This document shows positions 44,765 through 55,856 of a stretch of DNA of 64,000 nucleotides, in pieces. Below the pieces are notes generated by a model. That model worked only from the letters and a program-made list of their open reading frames with translations, was not told the DNA's origin and searched no databases. Within the stretch, counting starts at the first letter, position 1; every line of letters starts with the position of its first letter. Source of the DNA: Alphaproteobacteria bacterium (GTDB lineage: Bacteria; Pseudomonadota; Alphaproteobacteria; Rs-D84); the NCBI GenBank assembly GCA_017630405.1, contig JAGBVH010000015.1:81026-145025 (forward strand). The letters run 5' to 3'. Both the position numbers and the translations under genes were made by a program.

Positions 44765-45637
44765 TTATATTGTTCGTTTTGGTCGCAGATTTTCATCATC
44801 CACCCGTCCGATTCCAACGAAGTTTTCATTGTTATACACACGGTACAGACCTTCCTTCTGCGCCACTTTGATAAAGCCCCCGTTTTTATAAAAAGCGGCA
44901 TCTTTATCATCCAGATTCAGAACCGGAATGTCCCCCAGTCCAAAATCCAGCGGCTTAAGAACTTGTCTTAAATCGCCCCCATTATTAACCAGATTTTCCA
45001 AAAAATCAAGTTTTACGGCATTTTTTATGTCAAACCCGTTTGTCAGGGTGCGTCTTATCATATCCACAGTGGCGACTGTTTCGCACTTTTTTGCGATATC
45101 GCGCGCAATACTGCGAACATATGTCCCGCGGCTACACTTGGTCCGAAACTGCCACGAATCACCTGTTTTGCCCATAAATTCCAGTTCATAAATAGTGACA
45201 GGTCGCGCAGGAATATCAACCGCATGCCCCCGTCGTACCAGTTCATGTGCACGCGCACCGTTTACATGAATTGCGCTGTATGCTGGCGGAACCTGCATGA
45301 TATCACCAACTAACTGCCCAATAGCCCCCAATACATCAGATTCAGACGGTACCTTGTCTGTACGGGCGATTTCAGTCCCTGTGATATCCAATGTATCTGT
45401 TTCGAATCCAAACTGACACGAAAATAAATATTCTTTGATATGTGGGTTTTGTTCTTCGACCCATGGAATCATTTTGGTCGCGTCCCCAATCGCAATTGGC
45501 AGCACCCCCGTTGCCATTGGGTCCAGTGTCCCAATGTGGCCAAACTTTTTAGTTCCAATCATGCTGGCAATACGACCACCGGCCGTTCTTGAAAACAGTC
45601 CAGAATCCTTGTCCAAGATTATCCATCCAGATGTCAT
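44765..45637 (-). CDS. truB: tRNA pseudouridine(55) synthase
   Basis: GHIGTLDPMATGVLPIAIG catalytic motif. Upstream of rpsO, as is usual. Confidence 0.9.
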   Translation of the reverse strand: MTSGWIILDKDSGLFSRTAGGRIASMIGTKKFGHIGTLDPMATGVLPIAIGDATKMIPWVEEQNPHIKEYLFSCQFGFETDTLDITGTEIARTDKVPSESDVLGAIGQLVGDIMQVPPAYSAIHVNGARAHELVRRGHAVDIPARPVTIYELEFMGKTGDSWQFRTKCSRGTYVRSIARDIAKKCETVATVDMIRRTLTNGFDIKNAVKLDFLENLVNNGGDLRQVLKPLDFGLGDIPVLNLDDKDAAFYKNGGFIKVAQKEGLYRVYNNENFVGIGRVDDENLRPKRTI

Positions 45638-45643
45638 TTAATT

Positions 45644-48166
45644 CTATCCAAATAAACTAAGTTGTGGTGGCGGCAGATTATCCGACACAGTTGTTTTTTT
45701 GCGTGTGGCTGTCTTGGGCGCAGCGTTTTCGGTTGCTGGCTGTGGAACCTCGTGTGATTCCAGTGCTGCCAGCACACATTCGGCACGTGCCACAACAGAC
45801 TTTGGCATACCTGCCATACGCGCCACATGAATACCATAGGAACGATTTGCAACCCCTGCAACAATCTTGTGCATAAATATTATTTCATTGTTATGTTCGC
45901 GCACATCAATAGTCAGGCAAGACACATTCCCCAGTCCGCCATTACCTGCCAATGCGGTCAGTTCATGATAATGTGTTGCGAACAATGTTCGTGGCTGCAT
46001 ATTATTCAAAAATTCCAATACCGCCTGTGCGATTGCCATACCGTCATATGTTGCGGTACCACGACCAATTTCATCAAATATGATAAAAGAGTGTTGTGTT
46101 GCGCGGTTCAGAATATTGGCTGTTTCACTCATTTCCACCATAAATGTAGACTGTCCTGCCGCCAGATTATCAGACGCACCCACACGACTAAATAATTGGT
46201 CACAGATACCAATAGTTGCGCTTGTTGCTGGCACAAAAGACCCAAGGTGCGCCAACACAACAATAATCGCATTCTGGCGTAGATAGGTGGATTTACCCGC
46301 CATATTTGGACCTGTCAGCAACGCAATCGCATGCGAGTTCAGATTACAATCGTTCTTTACAAAATTATCGCCATGTTTGCGTAGCACTGATTCAATCACA
46401 GGATGGCGACCACCAACAACATCAAACGCACAGTCGTCTGTAATGTTTGGGCGCACCCAAGAATATTCCTGTGCGATATTTGCCATAGTCGTCCAAACAT
46501 CAGCATCCGCCAACAGATCAGCGGTTGTTAACAAATCGTCCGATATACTTTTGATATTATCAATCAGTTCGCTGATAATTTCTGCCTCTATCGCGGCGGC
46601 TTTTTCTGCTGCGCTGCGCACATCGTTATCTAAATCAATCAGGCGCGCGGTTGTAAAGCGCATATTGCCGGACATAGTCTGGCGATTAATAAATCCAGAC
46701 TCTGGCTGCATCATAGGTTCGGCGCGGGCAGATGGAACTTCGATAAAATACCCAAGGATATTGTTATACTTAATCTTAAGTGTTGTTATACCCGTTGCGT
46801 TAATATATTCGGCCTGAAGTGCCGCGATAGTTTCGCGTGCGCCATTGGACAGGTTGCGCATATGGTCCAGCGGTCCATTAAAGCCTTCGCGAATAACGCC
46901 ACCATCACGAAAGAAAGTTGGCAGTTCGTCCGCCATCGCATTCATTAATTTTATAGCCAAGTCCGAATGAGTGTTTATCTCTGCAAAGCGATGTGCAAAG
47001 CCTTCATCCAGTCTTGGTGCAATCATTTGGGCGCGTGGCAGTATTGATAAAAAATCGGATACATGTCGCATATCGCGTGGTGTTCCGCGACCGGCGGTCA
47101 ATCGTGCGATTGCGCGTCCCACATCCGGTACAGAATTCAGCACATTGTCCATCAAAGACATAATGTCTTGGTTTAATAAAAAGTGACTGATGTGTTGTTG
47201 TCTGTTTTTTATTTCCTGAATGTCGCCGGATAAAGTGCGCAAATACGCGCGCATTTTTCGTGCGCCCGCCGCCGTTTTTGTCTTGTCCAGAACATCCAAC
47301 AGACACGCGCCACCGTCATTAATCGGTGCATCAATTTCAAGACTTTTCCAAGTCGCTGAATCAATCAATAATTGTTTGCCAGATTTAAATGTATAAGGTG
47401 CGCGAAAAACAATGGATGCGCCGCGCTGTGTATTAAATAAATATCCTGCTAGCAAACAAATTGAGTTATCCGGATGCAAAGAAATATCAGCCCCAACAAC
47501 GCCACCAAAAACGCGCGTGACAACCATATCGATATCGGCGCGATGATACAGTTTTTCATACACAGGCGTTGCCTTGAAAGTATCGCGCAACGACATAATT
47601 GTTTTTTCTTCGGCAGCGCCAAATGGGAAAATAATTTCCGCAGGATTTATGCGAACCATATCGTCCAATGCATCCGCAGTTTGACCGACAAAGAATTCGC
47701 CTGTGGAAATATCACAACCCGCGATATCATATTTGCCGCCGCCCATTGGTGCAATCGCAACCAAGAAATTAGACTTCTTGGGGGTCAGTAAATTTTCATC
47801 TGTCAGCGTGCCAGGGGTTAATACGCGCACGACCTGACGATCGATATATTTGTGGCCTCGTTCTTTTGCCTGGGCGGGTGTTTCCATTTGTTCGACCAGT
47901 GCGACTTTGAATCCACTGCGCACCAAACGACCAAAATAATTGTCCGCCGCATGCCATGGAATTCCGCACATAGGAATGCTGGCCCCATCACCATCAGTAC
48001 CGCGTGCGGTCAAAACTAATCCCAGATTAGAACTAATTATTTTTGCATCTTCAAAGAAAGATTCATAAAAGTCCCCCAAACGAAACATCAGCAACGCATC
48101 TGGATTTTCTGCCTTCATATCCACATACTGTTGCATAACAGGGGTCAATTTACTTTTTTCTGCCAC
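45644..48166 (-). CDS. mutS: DNA mismatch repair protein MutS
   Basis: N-terminal LTPVMQQY...FYESFFEDA, Walker A TGPNMAGKST, and DEIGRGT. Confidence 0.95.
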   Translation of the reverse strand: MAEKSKLTPVMQQYVDMKAENPDALLMFRLGDFYESFFEDAKIISSNLGLVLTARGTDGDGASIPMCGIPWHAADNYFGRLVRSGFKVALVEQMETPAQAKERGHKYIDRQVVRVLTPGTLTDENLLTPKKSNFLVAIAPMGGGKYDIAGCDISTGEFFVGQTADALDDMVRINPAEIIFPFGAAEEKTIMSLRDTFKATPVYEKLYHRADIDMVVTRVFGGVVGADISLHPDNSICLLAGYLFNTQRGASIVFRAPYTFKSGKQLLIDSATWKSLEIDAPINDGGACLLDVLDKTKTAAGARKMRAYLRTLSGDIQEIKNRQQHISHFLLNQDIMSLMDNVLNSVPDVGRAIARLTAGRGTPRDMRHVSDFLSILPRAQMIAPRLDEGFAHRFAEINTHSDLAIKLMNAMADELPTFFRDGGVIREGFNGPLDHMRNLSNGARETIAALQAEYINATGITTLKIKYNNILGYFIEVPSARAEPMMQPESGFINRQTMSGNMRFTTARLIDLDNDVRSAAEKAAAIEAEIISELIDNIKSISDDLLTTADLLADADVWTTMANIAQEYSWVRPNITDDCAFDVVGGRHPVIESVLRKHGDNFVKNDCNLNSHAIALLTGPNMAGKSTYLRQNAIIVVLAHLGSFVPATSATIGICDQLFSRVGASDNLAAGQSTFMVEMSETANILNRATQHSFIIFDEIGRGTATYDGMAIAQAVLEFLNNMQPRTLFATHYHELTALAGNGGLGNVSCLTIDVREHNNEIIFMHKIVAGVANRSYGIHVARMAGMPKSVVARAECVLAALESHEVPQPATENAAPKTATRKKTTVSDNLPPPQLSLFG

Positions 48167-48186
48167 AACAAATCCATTATTTTAAA

Positions 48187-48381
48187 TTATGCGCCAACTT
48201 TAAGAGTTTCGATTTTAAGCTCTGCTTCCTTAAGCAGTTGTTCACAATAGGCCTTTAATTTAATTCCTTGTTCATATGCGGCAACGGAATCTGCCAGTGG
48301 CAATTCACCAGATTCCATTTTTTTCACCAATTCGGTTAATTGTTTGTATGCTTCTTCAAAAGACAATTTATTTTCTTCCAT
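48187..48381 (-). CDS. xseB: exodeoxyribonuclease VII small subunit
   Basis: 64 aa. LSFEEAYKQLTELVKKMESGELPLADSVAAYEQGIKLKAYCEQLLKEAELKIETL. Confidence 0.8.
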   Translation of the reverse strand: MEENKLSFEEAYKQLTELVKKMESGELPLADSVAAYEQGIKLKAYCEQLLKEAELKIETLKVGA

Positions 48382-48408
48382 ATCAAACCCCTATATAAAA
48401 TTAGAAAA

Positions 48409-48789
48409 TTATTGCAGTAAATTTTTTGCGCTTTCCAACAAAGCAATTGCTGTATCAATATCGTCAATACTAATTTTCTGAACACTAACATTTGCGTTTT
48501 GTGGTGCAGGGGATTGAACAGCAATTTCTGCAGCGTTTGCAGGCAAATTGCCATCGCGTAACAGTTTCTTTACACCGGCAATTGTCATCCCATGCGTATA
48601 AAGCAAGTCTTTAATAGTTATCAGTTTCGCAACAGTTTCTGTGCGATAATATCTGCGCCCGCCCGCCCCAGTTGTTGGTTTGATTGCGGTTGGGAATTGT
48701 TTTTCCCAATAGCGCAAAGTATGCGCCGGCACTTCCAACCGTTTTGAAACTTCATTTATTGATGAAAAATATTCATTACTGTTTTCCAT
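48409..48789 (-). CDS. MerR-family transcriptional regulator
   Basis: N-terminal HTH INEVSKRLEVPAHTLRYWEKQF...GGRRYY. Confidence 0.8.
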   Translation of the reverse strand: MENSNEYFSSINEVSKRLEVPAHTLRYWEKQFPTAIKPTTGAGGRRYYRTETVAKLITIKDLLYTHGMTIAGVKKLLRDGNLPANAAEIAVQSPAPQNANVSVQKISIDDIDTAIALLESAKNLLQ

Positions 48790-48801
48790 GCCGGCACCTT
48801 A

Positions 48802-51552
48802 TTATTCTGCGACCACTTCGGTTGTTTCTGATGCGTCAACTGCTGTATCGACGGCTTCTTCTTCGCTTGCGCCTTCGATGGCAATTGCGGAAACAACTTT
48901 TTCATTTTCTGCTGTACGGAACAGTGTCACACCTGCCGTAGAACGACCTGCGATGCGTACATCTGCAACAGGTGTACGGATGATTTTACCACCGTCTGTT
49001 ACCATGATAATGTCTTGGTCGTCTGTTACAGGGAATGAACCAGCCACAGCGGTATTTTTGCCGCCCAGTTTAATGTTTGTGAATCCGCCACCACCACGAT
49101 GTGTCAAACGGTATTCATAAGAACTGGTGCGTTTACCAAATCCATTTTCAGATATAGTCAAAATGAATTCTTCTTTTGCGGCCAATTCTGCCATCTTGGC
49201 ATCATCCAAAACTAATGTTGTTGTTTCTTCTTCTGCATCTGCTTCTTCTTCGATGCCAGTTGCAGCACGACGAGCGGCGCGTGATTGTTTTATATATGCG
49301 GCGCGTACAGCAGAATCAGATTCACCACGGTTCAACATAGCCATGCCGATAATTTCATCATCTTTGCCCAATGTTATACCACGAACACCGGTCGAGTTGC
49401 GTCCTGCAAACACGCGGATTTCTGGTACAGGGAATCGGATTGCGCGACCACGATATGTTGTCAGGAATACATCCTGATCTTCGGTACAAGGCAATACAGA
49501 AATCAAACTGTCGCCTTCGTCCAACTTCATCGCGATTTTACCATTTGCGCGGATTGAATCAAAGTCGCTCATACGATTGCGGCGAACTGTACCGGACGCT
49601 GTTGCGAACATCAAGAAATGTTCTTTGCCAGATTCTGCGATGCGTGTTGCGTCTTCTTCTGGTACTGGCAATATAGCGGTAATTGTCTCACCGCTTTCCA
49701 AAGGCAACAGATTTACCAACGGACGACCCTTGGCGGCTGCCGCTGCTTCTGGCAATTTATATGTTTTCAGTTTATAGCACAATCCCTTGGAACTAAAGAA
49801 CAACAAAGGTGTATGTGTATTTGCGACAAATACTTGTACAACATAATCGTCTTCTTTTGTTGCCATTGCGTTGCGTCCTTTGCCACCGCGTTTTTGTGCG
49901 CGATAAGTATCCAAAGCAACGCGCTTGATATATCCTGTGTTGGAAACAGTGATAACCATATCTTCACGTGCAATCAAATCTTCGATATCGATATCGATTT
50001 CGGCATCAGAAATTTCTGTTCTGCGTGGGGACGCCCAGTTGTCGCGTACAGCCGCTGTTTCTTCGCGGATAATTTGTACGATGCGCGCATGGCTGCCCAA
50101 AATTTCAAGCAGGTCACGAATTGTTGCGCCCAAACTGGTCAGGTCATCGTGAATCTTGTCGCGTTCCAGACCAGTTAAACGATGCAACTGCAGTTCCAAA
50201 ATCGCGCGTGCTTGATCTTCGCTCATATAGAACATGCCGTCTTTGTATTCTGTATTCGGGTCATCGATTAACTGAATATATGATTCGATATCAGACGCTT
50301 TCCAGCCGCGTGAAATCAGTGCTTCGCGTGCGGCTTCTGGATTTGGACTTGATTTAATCAATTCGATAACTTCATCCAAATTACCTACCGCAACGGACAG
50401 ACCTAACAAAGTGTGTGCACGATTGCGCGCCTTGTTCAAATCGAATATTGTGCGACGACGAATAACTTCGGCGCGGAATTCAATAAACGCATCCAAAACA
50501 CCACGAACATTGAACAACATTGGACGACCGCGGTTCAACGCCATCATGTTTACAGGAAAGTTTGTTTGCATTTCTGTGTATTGGAACAAATGATTCAATA
50601 CAACATCTGCAATCGCATCGCGTTTTAATTCGATAACAATACGCAAACCTTCTTTGGATGATTCGTCACGAATTTCAGATATGCCTTCGATGCGTTTGTC
50701 CTTAATCAGTTCGGCGATTTTGATAATCATTTGTGCCTTGTTAACCTGATAAGGAATCTCGTCAACGATAATTGCCTGATGGTCGCGAAAATCTTCGATA
50801 TGTGTTTTTGAACGAATAATAATAGAACCGCGTCCAGTTGTGTGTGCCTTGTATGCACCAGCGTGTCCCATAATCATCGCACCTGTTGGAAAATCAGGTC
50901 CTGGGATAATGCCAAACAATTCATCATCAGTAATATCTTTGTTATCTAATATTGCCAATATACCGTTGCAAACTTCGCCCAGATTGTATGTTGGAACATT
51001 TGTTGCCATACCAACAGCAATACCAGAACCGCCGTTCACCAAAAAGTTAGGGAACTTGGTTGGCAGAACAACAGGTTCCTGCAGGCTGCCGTCAAAGTTA
51101 GGTTGCCAGTCAACAGTGTCTTTATCCATATCGTCCATCAAGGATGCGCCAAGCTTTGAAAGGCGTGCTTCGGTATAACGCATAGCCGCCGCTTTATCAC
51201 CGTCACGCGAACCAAAGTTGCCCTGACCCTGAACCAGCATTTCGCCCATGGAAAAGTCTTGACCCATACGAACCATCGCTTCATAGATGGAACTGTCGCC
51301 ATGTGGGTGGTATTTACCCATCACATCACCGACAATACGAGCAGACTTTACAGTTGGCTTTGTTGCAGGTGCAACATCGTTCATAACATAAAGAATTCTG
51401 CGGTGTACAGGCTTGCATCCGTCACGCACATCTGGCAATGCACGGTCAACAATAACAGACATCGCATAGTCCAAGAAACTGGTCCGCATTTCGTGTTCCA
51501 GCGAGGACTGTGGAATCTTGATTTCATTAACTTCATTAATGTTTTCTGACAT
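48802..51552 (-). CDS. gyrA: DNA gyrase subunit A
   Basis: [12 protein letters not shown], active-site region [10 protein letters not shown], and C-terminal beta-pinwheel repeats. Start taken at MSENINE; the track extends 20 codons further upstream. Confidence 0.95.
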   Translation of the reverse strand: MSENINEVNEIKIPQSSLEHEMRTSFLDYAMSVIVDRALPDVRDGCKPVHRRILYVMNDVAPATKPTVKSARIVGDVMGKYHPHGDSSIYEAMVRMGQDFSMGEMLVQGQGNFGSRDGDKAAAMRYTEARLSKLGASLMDDMDKDTVDWQPNFDGSLQEPVVLPTKFPNFLVNGGSGIAVGMATNVPTYNLGEVCNGILAILDNKDITDDELFGIIPGPDFPTGAMIMGHAGAYKAHTTGRGSIIIRSKTHIEDFRDHQAIIVDEIPYQVNKAQMIIKIAELIKDKRIEGISEIRDESSKEGLRIVIELKRDAIADVVLNHLFQYTEMQTNFPVNMMALNRGRPMLFNVRGVLDAFIEFRAEVIRRRTIFDLNKARNRAHTLLGLSVAVGNLDEVIELIKSSPNPEAAREALISRGWKASDIESYIQLIDDPNTEYKDGMFYMSEDQARAILELQLHRLTGLERDKIHDDLTSLGATIRDLLEILGSHARIVQIIREETAAVRDNWASPRRTEISDAEIDIDIEDLIAREDMVITVSNTGYIKRVALDTYRAQKRGGKGRNAMATKEDDYVVQVFVANTHTPLLFFSSKGLCYKLKTYKLPEAAAAAKGRPLVNLLPLESGETITAILPVPEEDATRIAESGKEHFLMFATASGTVRRNRMSDFDSIRANGKIAMKLDEGDSLISVLPCTEDQDVFLTTYRGRAIRFPVPEIRVFAGRNSTGVRGITLGKDDEIIGMAMLNRGESDSAVRAAYIKQSRAARRAATGIEEEADAEEETTTLVLDDAKMAELAAKEEFILTISENGFGKRTSSYEYRLTHRGGGGFTNIKLGGKNTAVAGSFPVTDDQDIIMVTDGGKIIRTPVADVRIAGRSTAGVTLFRTAENEKVVSAIAIEGASEEEAVDTAVDASETTEVVAE

Positions 51553-51923
51553 ACTTATTTTTCCCCTATTTCTAACAGACAAAACATAGCAGATTTTTAG
51601 GCTTTTCGTCAAGAAATAAAGCCAAAAAAACGCCTTGACAAAAGGCGGGTTTGTGGTATTGTTTTTTGTGTAAAATAACAGGCAAAAAACAAGAGAATAA
51701 AAATGTTTTTACCATTATGGCGTATGTTTACGGCAATATTTGTTTATTATTTGTTTCTCGAGGCTATGAAAAAGCTGGGTTTAATAAATTCTAAATAAAA
51801 AGGTTGCGTTTTTATAAAACCTGTGATTAAATAGGGGCACAAACGGATTTATTCTGGGTATTCATGATGCTGCTCGGGTACCTTGGAATGACAAAAGCAA
51901 AAGAAGAACTAAGGATTTAAGTC

Positions 51924-52076
51924 ATGGCAACAAAACGTACATATCAACCATCGAAAACACGTCGTGTTCGCACACATGGTTTCCGCGCAAGAATGGCTAC
52001 TGCTGGCGGTCGTGATGTTTTGAACCGTCGTCGCGCGACTGGTCGTAAAAGATTGGCTGTTAACGCAGTTAACTAA
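51924..52076 (+). CDS. rpmH: 50S ribosomal protein L34
   Basis: Own translation gives [50 protein letters not shown] (50 aa, below the track cutoff). AAGGA SD upstream. Confidence 0.9.
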   Translation: MATKRTYQPSKTRRVRTHGFRARMATAGGRDVLNRRRATGRKRLAVNAVN

Positions 52077-52083
52077 AAAAATT

Positions 52084-52105
52084 ACCGCCGATTGGCGGTT
52101 TTTTA
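52084..52105. terminator. intrinsic terminator after rpmH (shared with convergent murC)
   Basis: Hairpin ACCGCC-GATT-GGCGGT followed by T6. Confidence 0.75.
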
Positions 52106-52125
52106 TTTGTTTGTTTTTTTGTTTT

Positions 52126-53487
52126 TTATCTTGTTTTCTGATTCGTTTGTACTTGCTCTTTGATATATTTACCCAGCGCTGTAATTGTTCCAGCGCCAAG
52201 TCCTACGACAACATTACCTGTTTTAAGTGTTGGCAATAACTGTTGCGCAACATTGTCTATTTTACCGCCTATGTGTTCAAATCCAGCCTGCGCGGCAAAA
52301 TTCTTGCCGGTGATACCTTCGATTGGTGCTTCTGAAGCTTCGAATACATCTGTGACGATAACTCGGTCTGCATTATCAAATGCACCAGCAAATTCATTCC
52401 ACAGTCCTTGCAATCTGGTATATCTGTGTGGTTGAAATACCGCAACGATATTTTCGCGTCCGAATTTAGTTGATGCTGCATCCAGTACTGCGCGGATTTC
52501 TGTTGGATGGTGTGCATAGTCATCAAATATTTGAATGCCATTAAATTCAAATATTTTTTGGAATCTTCTGCCCATACCAGTAAAAGTATTAAAATGTTTT
52601 TTTATCTTGGCGACATCAATACCGCATTCGTTCAAGGCAGATGCAACAGCCAAAGCATTATAAATATTATGTGTACCTGTCAGGCACAGTTGAATGTCGG
52701 TTAATTTATTTTTGTTATAAAACACATCAAATTTTACACCATTTGCAGATGTGATAATATTTTTAGCCTGATAATCTGCGTTATTTTTAATTCCAAAAGT
52801 AATAAAATCACCAGTCAGACCTTTGATACCCCTGTCATCTGCATTAGCGATAACTTTTTTTGATTTAGCAATAGATTGATTGAAAACTTTTACCAAATCA
52901 GACATACCATTTTTATAAAAATCTAAATGGTCTTCTTCAAGGTTATTGATAACCAAGATGTCTGGGGAATATTTTACCAATGTGCCATCACTTTCATCAA
53001 GTTCTGCTACAAAATGATTACCTTTTTTGTGTTGTGCGTTTGTATAAATTTCCGGCACGATTCCGCCAACTACGAAAGAAGGCATGTTGTTGGATAAATC
53101 CAACACATACGAAGCCAATCCGCTGGTTGTTGTTTTGCCGTGTGTGCCTGCAAAACCAATAAAGCATTTTTTGTCATCCTGTGCGGACTTTGCGACTTCT
53201 TCCAGCAAGTCTGAACGATGATAAATTTTGATGCCCAAATCTTTTGCTTTTTTTAATTCTGGGTTTGATTCTTTGATTGCTGTACTTACAACAACAGTAT
53301 TTGTGTCATCAGGCAGATTATCAGCCTTGTGTCCAATATTAACTGTCGCGCCCAGATCTTGAACCATACTTGAATATTTACCAGCGACAATATCTGAACC
53401 GGATACCGTATGGCCGTCTTCCAGCAAGTATTTTGCCAGACCGCTCATCCCAATTCCGCCAATTGCTATAAAATGATATTTGGACAT
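52126..53487 (-). CDS. murC: UDP-N-acetylmuramate--L-alanine ligase
   Basis: YHFIAIGGIGMSGLAKYLL and GTHGKTTTSGL. Start taken at MSKYHF. Confidence 0.92.
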   Translation of the reverse strand: MSKYHFIAIGGIGMSGLAKYLLEDGHTVSGSDIVAGKYSSMVQDLGATVNIGHKADNLPDDTNTVVVSTAIKESNPELKKAKDLGIKIYHRSDLLEEVAKSAQDDKKCFIGFAGTHGKTTTSGLASYVLDLSNNMPSFVVGGIVPEIYTNAQHKKGNHFVAELDESDGTLVKYSPDILVINNLEEDHLDFYKNGMSDLVKVFNQSIAKSKKVIANADDRGIKGLTGDFITFGIKNNADYQAKNIITSANGVKFDVFYNKNKLTDIQLCLTGTHNIYNALAVASALNECGIDVAKIKKHFNTFTGMGRRFQKIFEFNGIQIFDDYAHHPTEIRAVLDAASTKFGRENIVAVFQPHRYTRLQGLWNEFAGAFDNADRVIVTDVFEASEAPIEGITGKNFAAQAGFEHIGGKIDNVAQQLLPTLKTGNVVVGLGAGTITALGKYIKEQVQTNQKTR

Positions 53488-53560
53488 ATAAAAACCCTTT
53501 GTCAATTAACTGATGTTAATATATTACAAAGGGCCCGAAAGTCAAGGATTTAAGTGGGTT

Positions 53561-54001
53561 TTACAGGTCGCGATGTTGCAAGACCGCTGTAAAGGTTGCT
53601 TCGGTCACTTTTTTACCACCAACGAACGCAATTCCGTGGAATTTATAAAGTTTCATTTTGCTTGTAACCAATTCTACATGCAATTCCAGTTTATCGCCGG
53701 GGTGTACCATATGTGAAAACTTAATTTTTTCCATTGTGGTAAAATACCCCAACATATCTTTCTTTTCTTCGCCCAGTCGGTTCAGTGCGATAAAGCACGC
53801 CGTTTGTGCCAGTGCTTCGACCTGTAATACCCCCGGCATAATAGGTTTGCCTGGGAAATGTCCTGCGCACCAAAATTCATCATCGCGCACATACTTAACA
53901 CCAACCGCGCTTGAGTCATTTATTTCGCGGATTTCATCAATCATGCGCATATCGCCACGATGTGGAATAACGGCTTCAATACCCTTTGTGTCAATAATCA
54001 T
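53561..54001 (-). CDS. fabZ: 3-hydroxyacyl-ACP dehydratase FabZ
   Basis: HFPGKPIMPGVLQVEALAQ hot-dog fold motif. Confidence 0.92.
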   Translation of the reverse strand: MIIDTKGIEAVIPHRGDMRMIDEIREINDSSAVGVKYVRDDEFWCAGHFPGKPIMPGVLQVEALAQTACFIALNRLGEEKKDMLGYFTTMEKIKFSHMVHPGDKLELHVELVTSKMKLYKFHGIAFVGGKKVTEATFTAVLQHRDL

Positions 54002-54016
54002 AGTTTTCCTCTCTCG

Positions 54017-55060
54017 TTATTTCTTTACATTCTTACGCAGCCAGGCATAATGACGCATAAATTCTGTACCAGGGCCAGCAGGATATCCCATATGAGATTC
54101 GCCGTCTGGGATATTGCGGAACACGCCACTATTCGCGCCAACAGACGCATCGTTACCAATTTTTACCCCATTTGCGATACCAACATGGCCGCCCAACAAC
54201 ACGCGGTCGCCAACAACTACACCGCCAGCGATACCAACACCACTTGCCAAGAAGCATTCGTTACCAACAACAACCCCATGTGCAATCTGGCACAGGTTGT
54301 CAATCTTTGTTCCGTCACCAACACGGGTGTCTGTCATTGCGCCGCGATCGATACATGTGTTTGCGCCAACGGAAACGCGATTACCCAGCACAACACGACC
54401 AACATGTGGAATAAATACATTGTGACCATTTTGTCTGGTGTATCCGAATCCATCTTTGCCAATTACCGCGCCAGAGTTAATTACGCAATCGGCGCCAATC
54501 GTTGCGTTTTCGATATGGGCGCCACTGTGTACAATTGTGCCAGCACCAAGTGTCACATTACGACCGATATATGCGTATGGATAAATTTTAACCCCCGGTT
54601 CAATTACTGCGCCGCGTTCCACAGTCGCAAACTGTGCGATATAAACACTGCGTTTTTTGCGAAAGAATACACCGCGTTCCACATGTGAATATTTGTTGAT
54701 ACCAAAACGTGGTTTTTCGCGATATATTTCGCCAAGAATTTTTACGATATTTCCGCGTGGGCTGTCTGTAATCAACAGCGTTGCGCCCTTTGGTGCGTGT
54801 TTTGCCTGTTCAGGCTGAACCAAAATAACCGTTGCGCGTGTATTTTTCAACACAGATATTGGCAGGATTTTAAACGCAGAACTATTTTGTTCGGTTGAAT
54901 AGAATGCCAACTGACCCGGGCGCGCATCAGCGATTGGTGCGACCCCGCGAACTGGTGTGTTTGCGTCCCCGCGTAATTCCAGACCGAATTTTTCGGCCAA
55001 CTGACCGGCTGTTGTTTTATTTGCCGCCGGCATAAGCAAATTTTTAATAAAGTTCAACAT
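54017..55060 (-). CDS. lpxD: UDP-3-O-acylglucosamine N-acyltransferase
   Basis: Long run of hexapeptide repeats, with HNVFIPHVGRVVLGNRVSVGANTCIDRG. Start taken at MLNFIKN. Confidence 0.9.
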   Translation of the reverse strand: MLNFIKNLLMPAANKTTAGQLAEKFGLELRGDANTPVRGVAPIADARPGQLAFYSTEQNSSAFKILPISVLKNTRATVILVQPEQAKHAPKGATLLITDSPRGNIVKILGEIYREKPRFGINKYSHVERGVFFRKKRSVYIAQFATVERGAVIEPGVKIYPYAYIGRNVTLGAGTIVHSGAHIENATIGADCVINSGAVIGKDGFGYTRQNGHNVFIPHVGRVVLGNRVSVGANTCIDRGAMTDTRVGDGTKIDNLCQIAHGVVVGNECFLASGVGIAGGVVVGDRVLLGGHVGIANGVKIGNDASVGANSGVFRNIPDGESHMGYPAGPGTEFMRHYAWLRKNVKK

Positions 55061-55117
55061 AGTGCAAAGATTATAGAGCAAAAAAATACCACACGCCATA
55101 AAAATCGCTAAAATATA

Positions 55118-55795
55118 TCAGCCTTGAATTTTTGCCATAAAAGCATTGTGGTTTTCCAGTTCTTCTGGTTTTGGTTCGTATTTTCTGTATGGGAAATTGC
55201 CCCCAACCTTTGGGTGGGCCAACATTGCGGCATGCTGTTTTGCGATAATTTCGCTGACATCTGGTGCTGGTGCTGTGTTTTCCAGTTCCAGATACACTTT
55301 TGCCAAAATTTCCGAGTCGATTAATGCCCCGTGTGCGTCCGCGCGAGCAGTCAAAGAAATTCCATACCATTTTGCCAACGCATCTAAGGTATAACTTTTT
55401 GGGCCAAAAACACGATTGCGTGCGATGACCAATGTATCCATCTGTTGTTCGCGTGGTATCTGTGGCAGTCCTAATGCTGCCAATTCGTGATTTACAAACG
55501 GAAAGTCAAAGTCCAATCCATTGTGCGCAACAATAGGACTATCCCCAATAAACGCCAAGAAAGCGGGGGCGATTTCAGCAATCTTTGGTTTGTCTTCCAA
55601 AAAAGCATTAGATATTTTGTGAACCATATACGAATCAGGTGGAATAATTTTTCCATCTGGATTGATATATTCATGGAAAGTGTTATCAGTTATCTTGCCA
55701 TCAACAATTTCCACCGCACCGATTTCAATTACGCGGTCGCCGCGCATATATTCGAATCCAGTTGTTTCAATGTCAAAGCAAATAACGCGTTTCAT
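55118..55795 (-). CDS. dnaQ: DNA polymerase III subunit epsilon (3'-5' exonuclease)
   Basis: Exo motifs ICFDIETTG, VAHNGLDFDFPF and HGALIDSEILAKVY. Confidence 0.9.
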   Translation of the reverse strand: MKRVICFDIETTGFEYMRGDRVIEIGAVEIVDGKITDNTFHEYINPDGKIIPPDSYMVHKISNAFLEDKPKIAEIAPAFLAFIGDSPIVAHNGLDFDFPFVNHELAALGLPQIPREQQMDTLVIARNRVFGPKSYTLDALAKWYGISLTARADAHGALIDSEILAKVYLELENTAPAPDVSEIIAKQHAAMLAHPKVGGNFPYRKYEPKPEELENHNAFMAKIQG

Positions 55796-55856
55796 AATAA
55801 AAATCCCAGTCCTTGATAATAATTGTTTGTGGTATTATAATAGAACGGTGAATTTA

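Noticed and set aside
51703-51798. 31-codon hydrophobic ORF ([31 protein letters not shown]) in the gyrA-rpmH intergenic region, downstream of a TTGACA-containing promoter-like sequence
   Set aside because: It has a weak SD and no conservation evidence is available. It could be a small membrane protein or a chance ORF in AT-rich DNA, so it is not reported as a feature.
55662-55856. N-terminal extension of the UvrD ORF
   Set aside because: It overlaps 134 nt of dnaQ on the opposite strand. The helicase homology begins at MLENLNNEQRLAV (ATG at 55857).
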